Below are positions 39,444 to 47,917 of a stretch of DNA of 64,000 nt, one piece after another. This stretch comes from Candidatus Omnitrophota bacterium. GTDB taxonomy: Bacteria; Ratteibacteria; UBA8468; MWAK01. The position numbers and the translations under genes are program-made. The stretch covers positions 1 to 64,000 of the forward strand of contig JBDRQI010000036.1 in the NCBI GenBank assembly GCA_043826355.1. The letters run 5' to 3'. The notes beneath the pieces are model-generated. The model did no database searches, was not told the origin of the DNA, and saw nothing but the letters and a program-made list of their open reading frames with translations. How positions within the stretch are numbered: position 1 is the first letter of the stretch; every line of letters starts with the position of its first letter.

Positions 39444-40754
39444 CTACCGGCGAACTTTTCCGGCGGCGTTTTTAACGCCGGTTATAATCACATCAAGGTC
39501 ATTTCTGGTCAGCCGCGGATGCATCGGCAAATTTAATTCTCTCCGGTAGAAAAACTTATCTGCATTCAGACAGCGCTCCTTTCCATAGCCGAGTTTCTTT
39601 AAAGCCGTAAAATCATAGGTCGGCTGATAGTGGAGTATGCTCTGAATGCCTTCCTCTTTATAGAGTACCCTCATAAATTCATCCCGGCCGGCGCCCAGTT
39701 CTTTCTCTTCCACGCAAAGCGTATACAGGTGATAGACGTGGTAACAATTGGGGTCTTCGTAGACCGGGGTAATCCCCTTGATTCCTTTCAACCCTTCATT
39801 CAAATAACGGCCGATTTCCCGGCGTTTTTCGCTGAGCATCTTAAGTTTCCGCAGTTGAGCCCTTCCGCAGGCGGCCTGGGGTTCATTCATCCGGTAGTTG
39901 TTGCCGAAATGACCGTTGGTATCATCCACGTCAAAATGAGAAGGAATCCAGTAATCGGTAAGACCTGTTTTGGTAAGCGTGGAATCACCGAAAGTAAAGA
40001 CCGTCTGTTCCGGCGGCCAGTGGCCGATAGACATACAGCGCAGTTTATTGATGACATCCGCCAGTTCGTCACGGTTGGTGGTAATCATGCCGCCTTCGCC
40101 CAGAGTGGTGATATTCTTCAGGGAATGGAAACTGAAGGCGCCGATATCTCCGATGGAACCGGCTTTTCTGCCTTTATATTCCGCGCCGATAGTATGAGCG
40201 CAGTCTTCCAGAACGTAAAGTTTGTGCTTCCGGGCAATCTCCATAATCGGGTCCATATCGCACATCTGACCGCCGTAATGGACCACGTAGATTGCCCTGG
40301 TACGGGGGGTTACCTTCTTTTCTATCTCTTTCGGGTCGATATTAAAGGTCCTGGGGTCAATATCGGCAAAAACCGGCCTGGCTTTTTCCTTGAGAATAAC
40401 CAGCGAAGTGGCAATGAAAGTATTTGGAGTCACAATTACCTCATCGCCCTCTTTGATATTAAACGCCTGGGTCGCAACGTGCATGCCGGTAGTGCAGTTA
40501 CTGACCGCGAAAGCATGTTTTACTCCATGGATTGCGGCGAACTCCTTCTGGAATAACTGCACCTGCGGCCCCATCGTCAGGGAATCCTGTTTCATCGCCT
40601 TCAGGACCATCTGCTGTTCGTCCTCATCGTAAATTGAGCCGAAAAACGAATAAGGAACTTTCAGGGCAACGCCGTCGTTCATCTGGTAGCCGGAAGTTAT
40701 CCCGCCTTCGGTATCGCTTCCGGTATACAACGCCTTTTCTTTTTCGCCTGACAT
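39444..40754 (-). CDS. DegT/DnrJ/EryC1/StrS PLP-dependent aminotransferase
   Basis: VHYGG, EDCAH, FSFHSLKNITTLGEGGMI, G.NYRM. Confidence 0.92.
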   Translation of the reverse strand: MSGEKEKALYTGSDTEGGITSGYQMNDGVALKVPYSFFGSIYDEDEQQMVLKAMKQDSLTMGPQVQLFQKEFAAIHGVKHAFAVSNCTTGMHVATQAFNIKEGDEVIVTPNTFIATSLVILKEKARPVFADIDPRTFNIDPKEIEKKVTPRTRAIYVVHYGGQMCDMDPIMEIARKHKLYVLEDCAHTIGAEYKGRKAGSIGDIGAFSFHSLKNITTLGEGGMITTNRDELADVINKLRCMSIGHWPPEQTVFTFGDSTLTKTGLTDYWIPSHFDVDDTNGHFGNNYRMNEPQAACGRAQLRKLKMLSEKRREIGRYLNEGLKGIKGITPVYEDPNCYHVYHLYTLCVEEKELGAGRDEFMRVLYKEEGIQSILHYQPTYDFTALKKLGYGKERCLNADKFFYRRELNLPMHPRLTRNDLDVIITGVKNAAGKVRR

Positions 40755-40774
40755 AATTCACCCCCGTTAGTCTA

Positions 40775-40826
40775 AATTATTTACAAAACTGTATATAATT
40801 AAAACATGTTTTTATTTTTCTGTCAA
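40775..40826 (-). promoter_or_regulatory. Sigma70 promoter with overlapping AT-rich palindromic operator (possible ROK site)
   Basis: TTGACA-N17-TTTAAT; AATTATTTACA-AAAC-TGTATATAATT palindrome at 40775-40800. Confidence 0.6.
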
Positions 40827-40851
40827 GTCCCCTGCGAAATCGCAGAAAAAT

Positions 40852-41625
40852 TTACAGGCGATTGATAAGGTTAGCCAGCATTAAGACCGCTTCCTTGCAA
40901 ACCCTTTCTCCCAACTTACGACTGGCCCTCTCCGGGAAACCCATCACCCCGACCTTTATCCCCGAATGTTGACTGACGTAAGGAAAGACCGATTCTATCT
41001 CTACCGGCTTCTCTTTAACCTGGTAAGCATCCTGGTCCTTGCGCAGCATCTTTACAATTTCCGGTTTGTCTAAAACCGGTTTTTTAACCAATTTTGGATA
41101 CCAGTAAAGCATTAAAGAGGTCTCCATGTAACCGGCGTGAAAATCCCTTTCGGCAAAAGCTTTCTTAAAAATATCGGAATCTTTCCAAAAACGGAATAGG
41201 GATACAACTACGCTCTTGTCCGGGAGCCGCTTCCTCAAAAATGCCTCAATGCCGTCTTCAATTGCTCTCTCATTCTCCGTTCCGCCGTGACCCGGCACCA
41301 AAACTATCTTCTTGAATCCCTGCTGGCCTAAAGAGGCCATAATTTCAGAAATAAGCAGCGACACCACCGGCGGGCTTATGTTAATGGTACCCGGCAGAGT
41401 TCCGCCGGAAAAGGCATAATTGAGAACCGGCGCTACCAATGCGCCGGTTAAAGCTGAAGCGCCGCGGCAGATTTCAAAAGCGTTGTGGCTGTCAGTTGAT
41501 AAAGGCAGGTGAAAACCATGCTGTTCGCAGATACCCAGCGGAAGCAAAATTACCTTCTTTGCTTTTATTGCCTCTCCTGCTTCTTTAACTGTCATCTCTT
41601 CCATCAATAAAGGCTTCCTTTTCAC
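40852..41625 (-). CDS. Creatininase family amidohydrolase
   Basis: G.CEQHG.HLPL.TD, PGT, GHGG, HAG..ETS. Confidence 0.9.
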   Translation of the reverse strand: MKRKPLLMEEMTVKEAGEAIKAKKVILLPLGICEQHGFHLPLSTDSHNAFEICRGASALTGALVAPVLNYAFSGGTLPGTINISPPVVSLLISEIMASLGQQGFKKIVLVPGHGGTENERAIEDGIEAFLRKRLPDKSVVVSLFRFWKDSDIFKKAFAERDFHAGYMETSLMLYWYPKLVKKPVLDKPEIVKMLRKDQDAYQVKEKPVEIESVFPYVSQHSGIKVGVMGFPERASRKLGERVCKEAVLMLANLINRL

Positions 41626-41675
41626 TTTAACCTCCCATTAACCCCTGAAATATTACTAAGATTAACCGCAGAGAA

Positions 41676-42953
41676 TTACTGAAGATTATCTTTACTTTGC
41701 GGTCTCTGCAAACTCCGCGGTTCATCTTTTATCTGCAGGGGGTAGTCAGTAAAAAAATGCTCCAACGCAAAGGTGGCTCCGCCGAGCGTACCCGCCTCTT
41801 CTTCCAACCGGGAAACCGCAAATTCCAGATACTTCCCACCCAGCAAAGTTCCGCTCCTGATAATATGCTTCAGGTGTTCCAGAAAATAATCACCGGCCCG
41901 GGCGAAATTCTTATCCAGAACAACTAATTGAGGATTAAAAATATTTACCGTGTTGGATATGGCTGTACCAAGATAGGAAACGGCCTCACCCAAAATTTGC
42001 TGACAGAGACGGTCGTTATTTTTGAAACCGTCTAAAATCATTAGCCCGGTTATCTTTTTTGGCTTCCCGCCGGACATCTCCAGCAGTAACGAACTTGTAC
42101 CAAACTCTATAAGTGTTCTTGCTTTTTGCGCCAGGGCCGGAAGCGCACAGATTGCCTCCAGACAACCCAAACCGCCGCAATGACACGGAGTCTGGTCTCC
42201 CTGAAAATGGTAGTGACCTAACTCTCCGGCCATCTCCAACGAACCCCTGATCAGGTTACCGCCGCTGACAATTCCGCAGGCAATCCCTTCACCGTATTCT
42301 ATGCGCAAAAAATCACTGTAACCTTTCCCGGCTCCTTTAATCTTTTCAGCCAGAGCCATTGCCTGGGAAGTCCCTAAAAGGTAGACTTTAACCTGAAGCT
42401 CCTTCTCCAGGAACTGACGGGTGGGCACATCTCTCCAGGCGGGAATAAAAGTTGAAAAGAGAGAGATCCCGTTCTTAACATCAACTACCCCCGGATCAAC
42501 AAAACCAAGCCCGACGACGTCTTTCCAGGAAACGGAATTTTCGCGGACAAACCGGGACGCTGCCTCAATCAAATTTTTCAGAACTTCAAACTTACCCAGG
42601 TTTGTACCGCAACGGATCTTTTTCCGACCGACCTGATTCCCAGTCAAGCCAAGAGCCAAAAATCCGAAAAATCCGTGTCCCAGTTCAACGCCGATTGCGT
42701 ACCGGGTTTTTGGTTTCAATTCAAGCAGCACCTGATTGCGGCCTGCCTTTCCGGGTTTCTGCCTGACCTTTCGGCTCTCATAAATTAAGTTTTCTTTGAT
42801 TAGCTGACGAACCGCATGCGTGATTGAAGCCAGCCTTAACCCGGTGGCCTTGCGCAGTCCGATACGGCTGATAGAACCACTCCTGTGAATAACATTAAGA
42901 ATTGTTCTTCTGTTTTCGAGCGGCATCGAAAGCCGCTTGCTTAATTTTTTCAT
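41676..42953 (-). CDS. ROK family transcriptional regulator
   Basis: N-terminal HTH, AGELGH, C.CG..GCLE. Confidence 0.9.
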   Translation of the reverse strand: MKKLSKRLSMPLENRRTILNVIHRSGSISRIGLRKATGLRLASITHAVRQLIKENLIYESRKVRQKPGKAGRNQVLLELKPKTRYAIGVELGHGFFGFLALGLTGNQVGRKKIRCGTNLGKFEVLKNLIEAASRFVRENSVSWKDVVGLGFVDPGVVDVKNGISLFSTFIPAWRDVPTRQFLEKELQVKVYLLGTSQAMALAEKIKGAGKGYSDFLRIEYGEGIACGIVSGGNLIRGSLEMAGELGHYHFQGDQTPCHCGGLGCLEAICALPALAQKARTLIEFGTSSLLLEMSGGKPKKITGLMILDGFKNNDRLCQQILGEAVSYLGTAISNTVNIFNPQLVVLDKNFARAGDYFLEHLKHIIRSGTLLGGKYLEFAVSRLEEEAGTLGGATFALEHFFTDYPLQIKDEPRSLQRPQSKDNLQ

Positions 42954-43065
42954 ATTTGAAAATATTTTACCCAAAAAAAGCAACGTAGTCAAATCAACTT
43001 TGTGTTGCTGCCAAAATTTGACCATTTAGACAAATTTAGGATAAAATTACAGGAAAATATAGTTT

Positions 43066-43141
43066 GCGCCGTTAGCTCAATCGGCAGAGCAGCTGACTCT
43101 TAATCAGCAGGTTGAAGGTTCGATTCCTTCACGGCGTACCA
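43066..43141 (+). tRNA. tRNA-Lys (CUU)
   Basis: Cloverleaf, CT-CTT-AA loop, encoded CCA. Confidence 0.95.
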
Positions 43142-43156
43142 CAACTTGTTAATCTA

Positions 43157-43347
43157 CGTGAAGGAATCGAACCTTCAAAGGGTGCGGGAAAAGGTATTTT
43201 CCCGCGCAGTCGCGGCGGGGATGGAAGATTAGGGAAGGGAAGCACCCTTCCCTAAAACGGAGCGCAAGGCGGATGTTAAGACCTGGCAGTGCAAGGCCGC
43301 CAGGGTCTATCCGCCGGGAGCGGAGTGATTCGTTTCCTTCACGGCAT
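43157..43347 (+). repeat. tRNA-Lys 3' appended element (inverted T-arm copy, core, direct T-arm copy)
   Basis: 43157-43178 is a perfect 22-bp reverse complement of 43112-43133; 43329-43347 matches 43119-43137 at 17/19. Confidence 0.85.
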
Positions 43348-43398
43348 AAGTAGTGGTTAAATAAACCACCCTTGCGGTATAATAGTACAGGATATAAC

Positions 43399-43480
43399 GC
43401 GAGGGTGGCGGAACTGGCAGACGCGCCAGACTTAGGATCTGGTGGGTAATTCCATGGGAGTTCAAATCTCCCCCCTCGCA
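43399..43480 (+). tRNA. tRNA-Leu (UAG)
   Basis: GCGAGGG/CCCTCGC acceptor, CT-TAG-GA loop, variable arm. Confidence 0.95.
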
Positions 43481-43492
43481 CCGCTTGAAACA

Positions 43493-43619
43493 GGGGAGAT
43501 TTGAAAGGAGCGCAGGGGAAAAGGTTTTCTCCTGCGATATTCGGTTCGGGGATAGATTCCAGGAAGGGAAGCCCCCCCTTTCTGGAACAGAGCGATAGCG
43601 GAGTAATTCCCCCCCGCAC
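43493..43619 (+). repeat. tRNA-Leu 3' appended element
   Basis: GGGGAGATTTGAA is the reverse complement of 43461-43473; degenerate direct copy AATTCCCCCCCGCAC; core related to the Lys element. Confidence 0.75.
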
Positions 43620-43674
43620 TCTGCAAGGTGAATTCGGAAGGGGCATAGCTCTTCCTTATACACAAATTTATTAC

Positions 43675-43746
43675 GCGGGAATAACTCAGTGGTAGAGTAC
43701 GACCTTGCCAAGGTCGGAGTCGTGGGTTCGAATCCCATTTCCCGCT
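43675..43746 (+). tRNA. tRNA-Gly (GCC)
   Basis: GCGGGAA/TTCCCGC acceptor, TT-GCC-AA loop. Confidence 0.95.
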
Positions 43747-43759
43747 CTGTTCTTTCCCT

Positions 43760-43875
43760 GAAAACGGGATTCGATGGGAGCGAAGTCAGCCGATGCGACG
43801 AATAGGTAACATCGGCAGCGGGTGGCCGAGTCGAACGCAATGAAGTGAGACCGCCGAATCCCATTTCCCGCTCTG
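43760..43875 (+). repeat. tRNA-Gly 3' appended element
   Basis: GAAAACGGGATTCGA inverted T-arm copy; perfect 21-bp direct repeat 43729-43749 / 43855-43875. Confidence 0.85.
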
Positions 43876-44030
43876 ATGTTAGCGACTACGTTAAAACACT
43901 ACGTTAGGATGTGGATTCCCGATTTAAACATTCGGGAATGACAGATTTTGGTACAAGCGACCCTGAAAGTTTACCCGCTGTAGCCAGTTTTTGCATAGGT
44001 AGGGGTCGCACTATGAAAGAAATTGAGTAA

Positions 44031-44738
44031 GTGAATAGTAAAAGATTGGGGTGGCTATTTTTTTTCATCCTGCTCCTCCTTATTTCCGGATGCAGTTTTA
44101 AATTCAGCCTCAATCCTGCAGAAACAGCACCGTCTGGAATTTACCATACCGTGCAGAAAGGTGAAACTCTCTGGCGTATCGGCCAGGCATACGGTTCTTC
44201 CGTGTCGGCAATCAAGGACGCCAATAATCTGAAAAGCGACGAGATTAAAATCGGCCAGCGTTTACTGATTCCGCACGCAAAAGAAACAAAAAAGATTCCA
44301 CCGTTTCCACAACCCCGGGCCGGCCAACCGCCAAAACCGCCGGTAATCATCAAACCTGTACCTAAAAAAACAATCGGAACGCCGGTATTTTCCTGGCCGC
44401 TTTCCGGAAAAATTCTTTCCACGACGGAAGAAGCAGAACGCGAAAAAAAGATTGGCATTGAAGGAAAGCCCGGGGAAACAATTATAACGAGCCGGGCCGG
44501 CCAGGTCTTCTTTACCGGGGAAACAAAAGGGTATTCTTCTACACTCATCGTTGACCATCTGGATGGATTCTATTCTGTTTACGGCGGTGATATCGAAATT
44601 ACGGTGCATAAAGGAGAAAGACTGGCTAAAAATGGTATAATCGGGAAAATGATTTCAACCCGGGAGAAACCAAAGCTTTTTTTCGAAATCAGACAGGGTA
44701 CCGAACCGGTGAATCCACTCAATTATTTAAACAAATAA
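44031..44738 (+). CDS. LysM + degenerate M23 lipoprotein (NlpD-like)
   Basis: ISGC lipobox, HTVQKGETLWRI LysM, WPL.G...LFFEIR....VNP. Confidence 0.85.
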   Translation: MNSKRLGWLFFFILLLLISGCSFKFSLNPAETAPSGIYHTVQKGETLWRIGQAYGSSVSAIKDANNLKSDEIKIGQRLLIPHAKETKKIPPFPQPRAGQPPKPPVIIKPVPKKTIGTPVFSWPLSGKILSTTEEAEREKKIGIEGKPGETIITSRAGQVFFTGETKGYSSTLIVDHLDGFYSVYGGDIEITVHKGERLAKNGIIGKMISTREKPKLFFEIRQGTEPVNPLNYLNK

Positions 44739-44757
44739 ATGGGTTAATGTGAATTTC

Positions 44758-44807
44758 GTAGGGGCGCCATTCATGGCGCCCGCGGGTCGGATAAATCCGA
44801 CCCCTAC
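44758..44807. repeat. GTAGGGG-type REP doublet
   Basis: GTAGGGGCGCCATTCATGGCGCCC-GC-GGGTCGGATAAATCCGACCCCTAC. Confidence 0.85.
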
Positions 44808-44820
44808 ATTTACAAACAAA

Positions 44821-45960
44821 ATGGGCTACAACGGAATTGAAGAAAAATTTTTAGCGCCGTATGCGATGAAACCGTCCTTGAGCCGGGGGCGTGAATTTCC
44901 GGAAAAGGAACACCCTTTTCGCTCTCCGTACCAGCGGGACCGGGACCGCGTAATCCACTCCACCGCTTTCCGCCGGCTGGAATATAAAACCCAGGTCTTT
45001 ATTGTCCACGAAGGCGATTATTACCGCACCCGGCTGACCCACACGATAGAAGTGGCCCAGATAGCCCGGACAATCGCCCGCGCCCTGCATCTAAACGAGG
45101 ATTTAACCGAAGCGATAAGTCTTGCGCATGATTTGGGTCATACCGCTTTCGGTCACTCCGGCGAAACTGCCTTGAAAGAGTTGATGAAAGATTACGGCGG
45201 CTACGAACACAACCGTCAGAGTCTCCGGGTCGTGGAAAAACTGGAAAAAAAGTATCCGGATTTTAAAGGTCTGAACCTGACTTATGAAGTCCGCGAAGGT
45301 ATCATCAAGCATACTTCCGAATATGACGCCCCGCCGGAAGCAAAAAGGTTTTTTCCGAAAGAGTCGCCGACCCTGGAGGCGCAGATTGTAAACCTGGCCG
45401 ACGAAATCGCCTACACCAGCCATGACGTGGACGACGGCTTGAAATCCGGGCTAATCACCGCTGAGGAACTTTCGCGGGTGTATTTATGGAAGGAACTTTA
45501 CACCAAAGCGGAAAAGAATATCAGTCGCGACCCGGAACTGGTCTGGTATCAGACGGTGCGTAACCTGATAGACCTTTTGGCAACCGACTTAATCAACGAA
45601 ACCGGGCGCCGTATTGCCGGGTTAAAAATTCGGGATTTAACCGACGTCAGAAAGAACGAACTCCTGGTAAAATTGAACAGCCGGACAGGCGAAAGACATC
45701 AGGAATTGAAAGATTTTCTTTTAGAAAAGATGTACCATCATTACCGGGTCATCCGAATGTCCGAAAAAGCGAAAAGAATCATGGAAGGACTTTTTAAGGT
45801 TTATTTGAAGCAGCCCAAACAGATGCCGCCGGGTGTTTACGCCAGGATTGAGCAGGGTGAAACGGCCGCCCAGGCAGTCTGCGATTATGTCGCCGGCATG
45901 ACCGACGAATTCGCCCTGCAGGAATATAAGAAGTTGTTCGACCCGTATACACGAGTCTAA
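44821..45960 (+). CDS. dgt: Deoxyguanosinetriphosphate triphosphohydrolase
   Basis: QRDRDRVIHS.AFRRL..KTQVF, RTRLTH, HDLGH, DYVAGMTD; start re-assigned past the REP. Confidence 0.94.
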   Translation: MGYNGIEEKFLAPYAMKPSLSRGREFPEKEHPFRSPYQRDRDRVIHSTAFRRLEYKTQVFIVHEGDYYRTRLTHTIEVAQIARTIARALHLNEDLTEAISLAHDLGHTAFGHSGETALKELMKDYGGYEHNRQSLRVVEKLEKKYPDFKGLNLTYEVREGIIKHTSEYDAPPEAKRFFPKESPTLEAQIVNLADEIAYTSHDVDDGLKSGLITAEELSRVYLWKELYTKAEKNISRDPELVWYQTVRNLIDLLATDLINETGRRIAGLKIRDLTDVRKNELLVKLNSRTGERHQELKDFLLEKMYHHYRVIRMSEKAKRIMEGLFKVYLKQPKQMPPGVYARIEQGETAAQAVCDYVAGMTDEFALQEYKKLFDPYTRV

Positions 45961-47097
45961 ATGGATAACGGCCTCCTCTGGCAAGTAGCGCTTAACCTTG
46001 TGCCTAATATCGGGTCCGTAAAAGCAAAGGCGCTTCTGGACTATTTTCCGCAGCCGGCTGATATCTTTAAAGCCGGAAAATCCGACCTGATGAAGGTTGG
46101 CAAGTTGAGTTTCCAGGATACGGAAACTATTCTGGGATTCAAAATGGAAACGGCGGAAAAAGAATTACGCCTTGCAGAGAAATACGGTTTTGAAATTATC
46201 CCGCAAAATGACCCCCGGTATCCCGGACTTCTAAAACAAATTCCCGACCCCCCGGTATTACTTTACGTCTGGGGCGCCTTTAAAGAAATCGACCTCCTGG
46301 CGGCCGCCATCGTCGGAACTCGGCTCTGCAGCCCATACGGAATGGTTCAGGCGGCCCGTTTTGCCGCCGGTATCGTCTCGGCCGGTTTCACGGTGGTCAG
46401 CGGCCTGGCCAAAGGCATTGATACCGCGGCCCACCAGGGCGCCCTGAGAGCGAGAGGGCGGACCGTCGCCGTTCTGGGAAGCGGACTCCTGGACATCTAT
46501 CCGGTTGAAAACCGCAAACTGGCCGAAAAAATAGCTTCTTCCGGCGCGGTCGTTTCCGAACTTCCTTTAAAGATGCGCCCGGACCGCCAGAACTTTCCGA
46601 GACGAAACCGGATTATCAGCGGTCTGTCCCGGGCGGTATTGGTTGTGGAAGCCGGAAACCGGAGCGGCGCCTTGATTACCGCTTCTCTGGCGCTGGAACA
46701 GGGCAGAGAGGTCTTTGCGCTGCCAGGCCCAGTGGACCAGGAAATGAGTCTGGGCACTAACAATCTTTTGAAAGAGGGGGCGCAAATTGCCACGGAACCG
46801 GAGGATATCCTGCTGGTCCTCGCACCCACTCTTCCGTTCCCTGATAAAGAAACGGCTCCGGTTGAAAAAGGGACTGAATCCAAAGACAAGGGCACCGGAC
46901 AAGACCGGCCCCATGGTACATTGTCCGCTGATTACCCAGAACTAAAAACGCTTTTCTTAAGCGGGAAACCGGTTAGCATTGAGGCGATTGCGACCCACCT
47001 TGACCTCTCCCTAGCCGAAGTCGGCTCCCTCCTGACCCGGCTGGAACTTGAAGGCAGGATAAAAGAAGTGCCCGGAAAACGCTTCACCCTGCTTTGA
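45961..47097 (+). CDS. dprA: DNA-processing protein DprA
   Basis: AIVGTR, VSGLAKGID..AH, FPRRNRIISGL, SGALITA. Confidence 0.95.
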   Translation: MDNGLLWQVALNLVPNIGSVKAKALLDYFPQPADIFKAGKSDLMKVGKLSFQDTETILGFKMETAEKELRLAEKYGFEIIPQNDPRYPGLLKQIPDPPVLLYVWGAFKEIDLLAAAIVGTRLCSPYGMVQAARFAAGIVSAGFTVVSGLAKGIDTAAHQGALRARGRTVAVLGSGLLDIYPVENRKLAEKIASSGAVVSELPLKMRPDRQNFPRRNRIISGLSRAVLVVEAGNRSGALITASLALEQGREVFALPGPVDQEMSLGTNNLLKEGAQIATEPEDILLVLAPTLPFPDKETAPVEKGTESKDKGTGQDRPHGTLSADYPELKTLFLSGKPVSIEAIATHLDLSLAEVGSLLTRLELEGRIKEVPGKRFTLL

Positions 47098-47161
47098 ATC
47101 TTTGCCTCAAATAATGGTAAAATAGAGAGCCCAGCAAACTGGGCAACTACGTATATCCTGA

Positions 47162-47224
47162 GGTAGCCGCACCCTTCAGGGTGCGCAAACCTAATGGCAA
47201 GGCAGGCTAAAGCCTGCGGCTACC
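47162..47224. repeat. GTAG-type REP doublet
   Basis: GGTAGCCGCACCCTTCAGGGTGCG...GCAGGCTAAAGCCTGCGGCTACC. Confidence 0.85.
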
Positions 47225-47269
47225 CTTGAAGACTATATGGATAAAGACGGATTGGTATAGGGAGGGCAG

Positions 47270-47851
47270 ATGAGAATCTTCAACCGTCTGGTAGCCTGGA
47301 TTTACAGTCTTGCCTCGCTTTACGTTTCCGTGCTCTTTATTCTGGTATGGCTGGACAAGGAGTTCGCCAGCCAATTTTGCCGGAAAATTGGAGAAACACA
47401 ACCATATAAGTTTGCTTTCGCCGGCGGCGGCCTGTTATTCCTGGGCGCAATCTGGCTTGTTTCTGCAACTGAACATCACTACCGCACCCGCTCCGTAAGT
47501 TTTTCCGGACCCGGCGGCTTGGTAAGGGTCCATCTTTCCGCCATAGAAGATTTTCTGGCAAACGAAATACGCCAGCACATTAAAGCGGTTAAGCGTATCC
47601 GGGTTTCAAGCATCATTGCGCCCAAAGGTCTCCAGGTTTACAATCAGGTTATCATCTGGGCCGGTTATGATATCCCGACTACAACCGGCAAGATTCAAGA
47701 CCTGGTAAAGCGCCTGTTGCAGGATACTGTAGGCGTGGAACGCCTGGGTGAAATCAAGGTTCTGGTATACCGCATCGCAACAACCGAGGAAGAAAACACC
47801 TCTAAAGAGGAAGAGGACGAATCAGAACTTGAAGATACGGAGATCGGTTAA
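47270..47851 (+). CDS. AmaP-like alkaline-shock membrane anchor protein
   Basis: Two TM helices, G.V.V.LSAIED, Asp23-like C-terminal fold, acidic tail. Confidence 0.65.
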   Translation: MRIFNRLVAWIYSLASLYVSVLFILVWLDKEFASQFCRKIGETQPYKFAFAGGGLLFLGAIWLVSATEHHYRTRSVSFSGPGGLVRVHLSAIEDFLANEIRQHIKAVKRIRVSSIIAPKGLQVYNQVIIWAGYDIPTTTGKIQDLVKRLLQDTVGVERLGEIKVLVYRIATTEEENTSKEEEDESELEDTEIG

Positions 47852-47917
47852 TGGGTTGCCAAACAATAAAGTTGACTATTTGCCGGAGGTGATTTTATTG
47901 TTTAGCAAACCCTAACG

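Noticed and set aside
39630..40556. 308 aa plus-strand ORF and other long antisense ORFs in the track
   Set aside because: They lie fully opposite well-conserved genes and show no recognisable motifs.
43149..43864. ORFs 43149-43646 and 43307-43864
   Set aside because: Antisense shadows of tRNAs and hairpin repeats.
43729..43875. attL/attR of a conventional genomic island at tRNA-Gly
   Set aside because: Only about 105 nt separate the repeats, there is no integrase, and the additional inverted copy is not explained; reported instead as a tRNA appendage.
44749..44820. N-terminal extension of dGTPase (also the extensions on cobO, rpmI, the NuoB-like gene and the large subunit)
   Set aside because: Encoded by REP, riboswitch or overlapping-gene sequence; better starts exist downstream.
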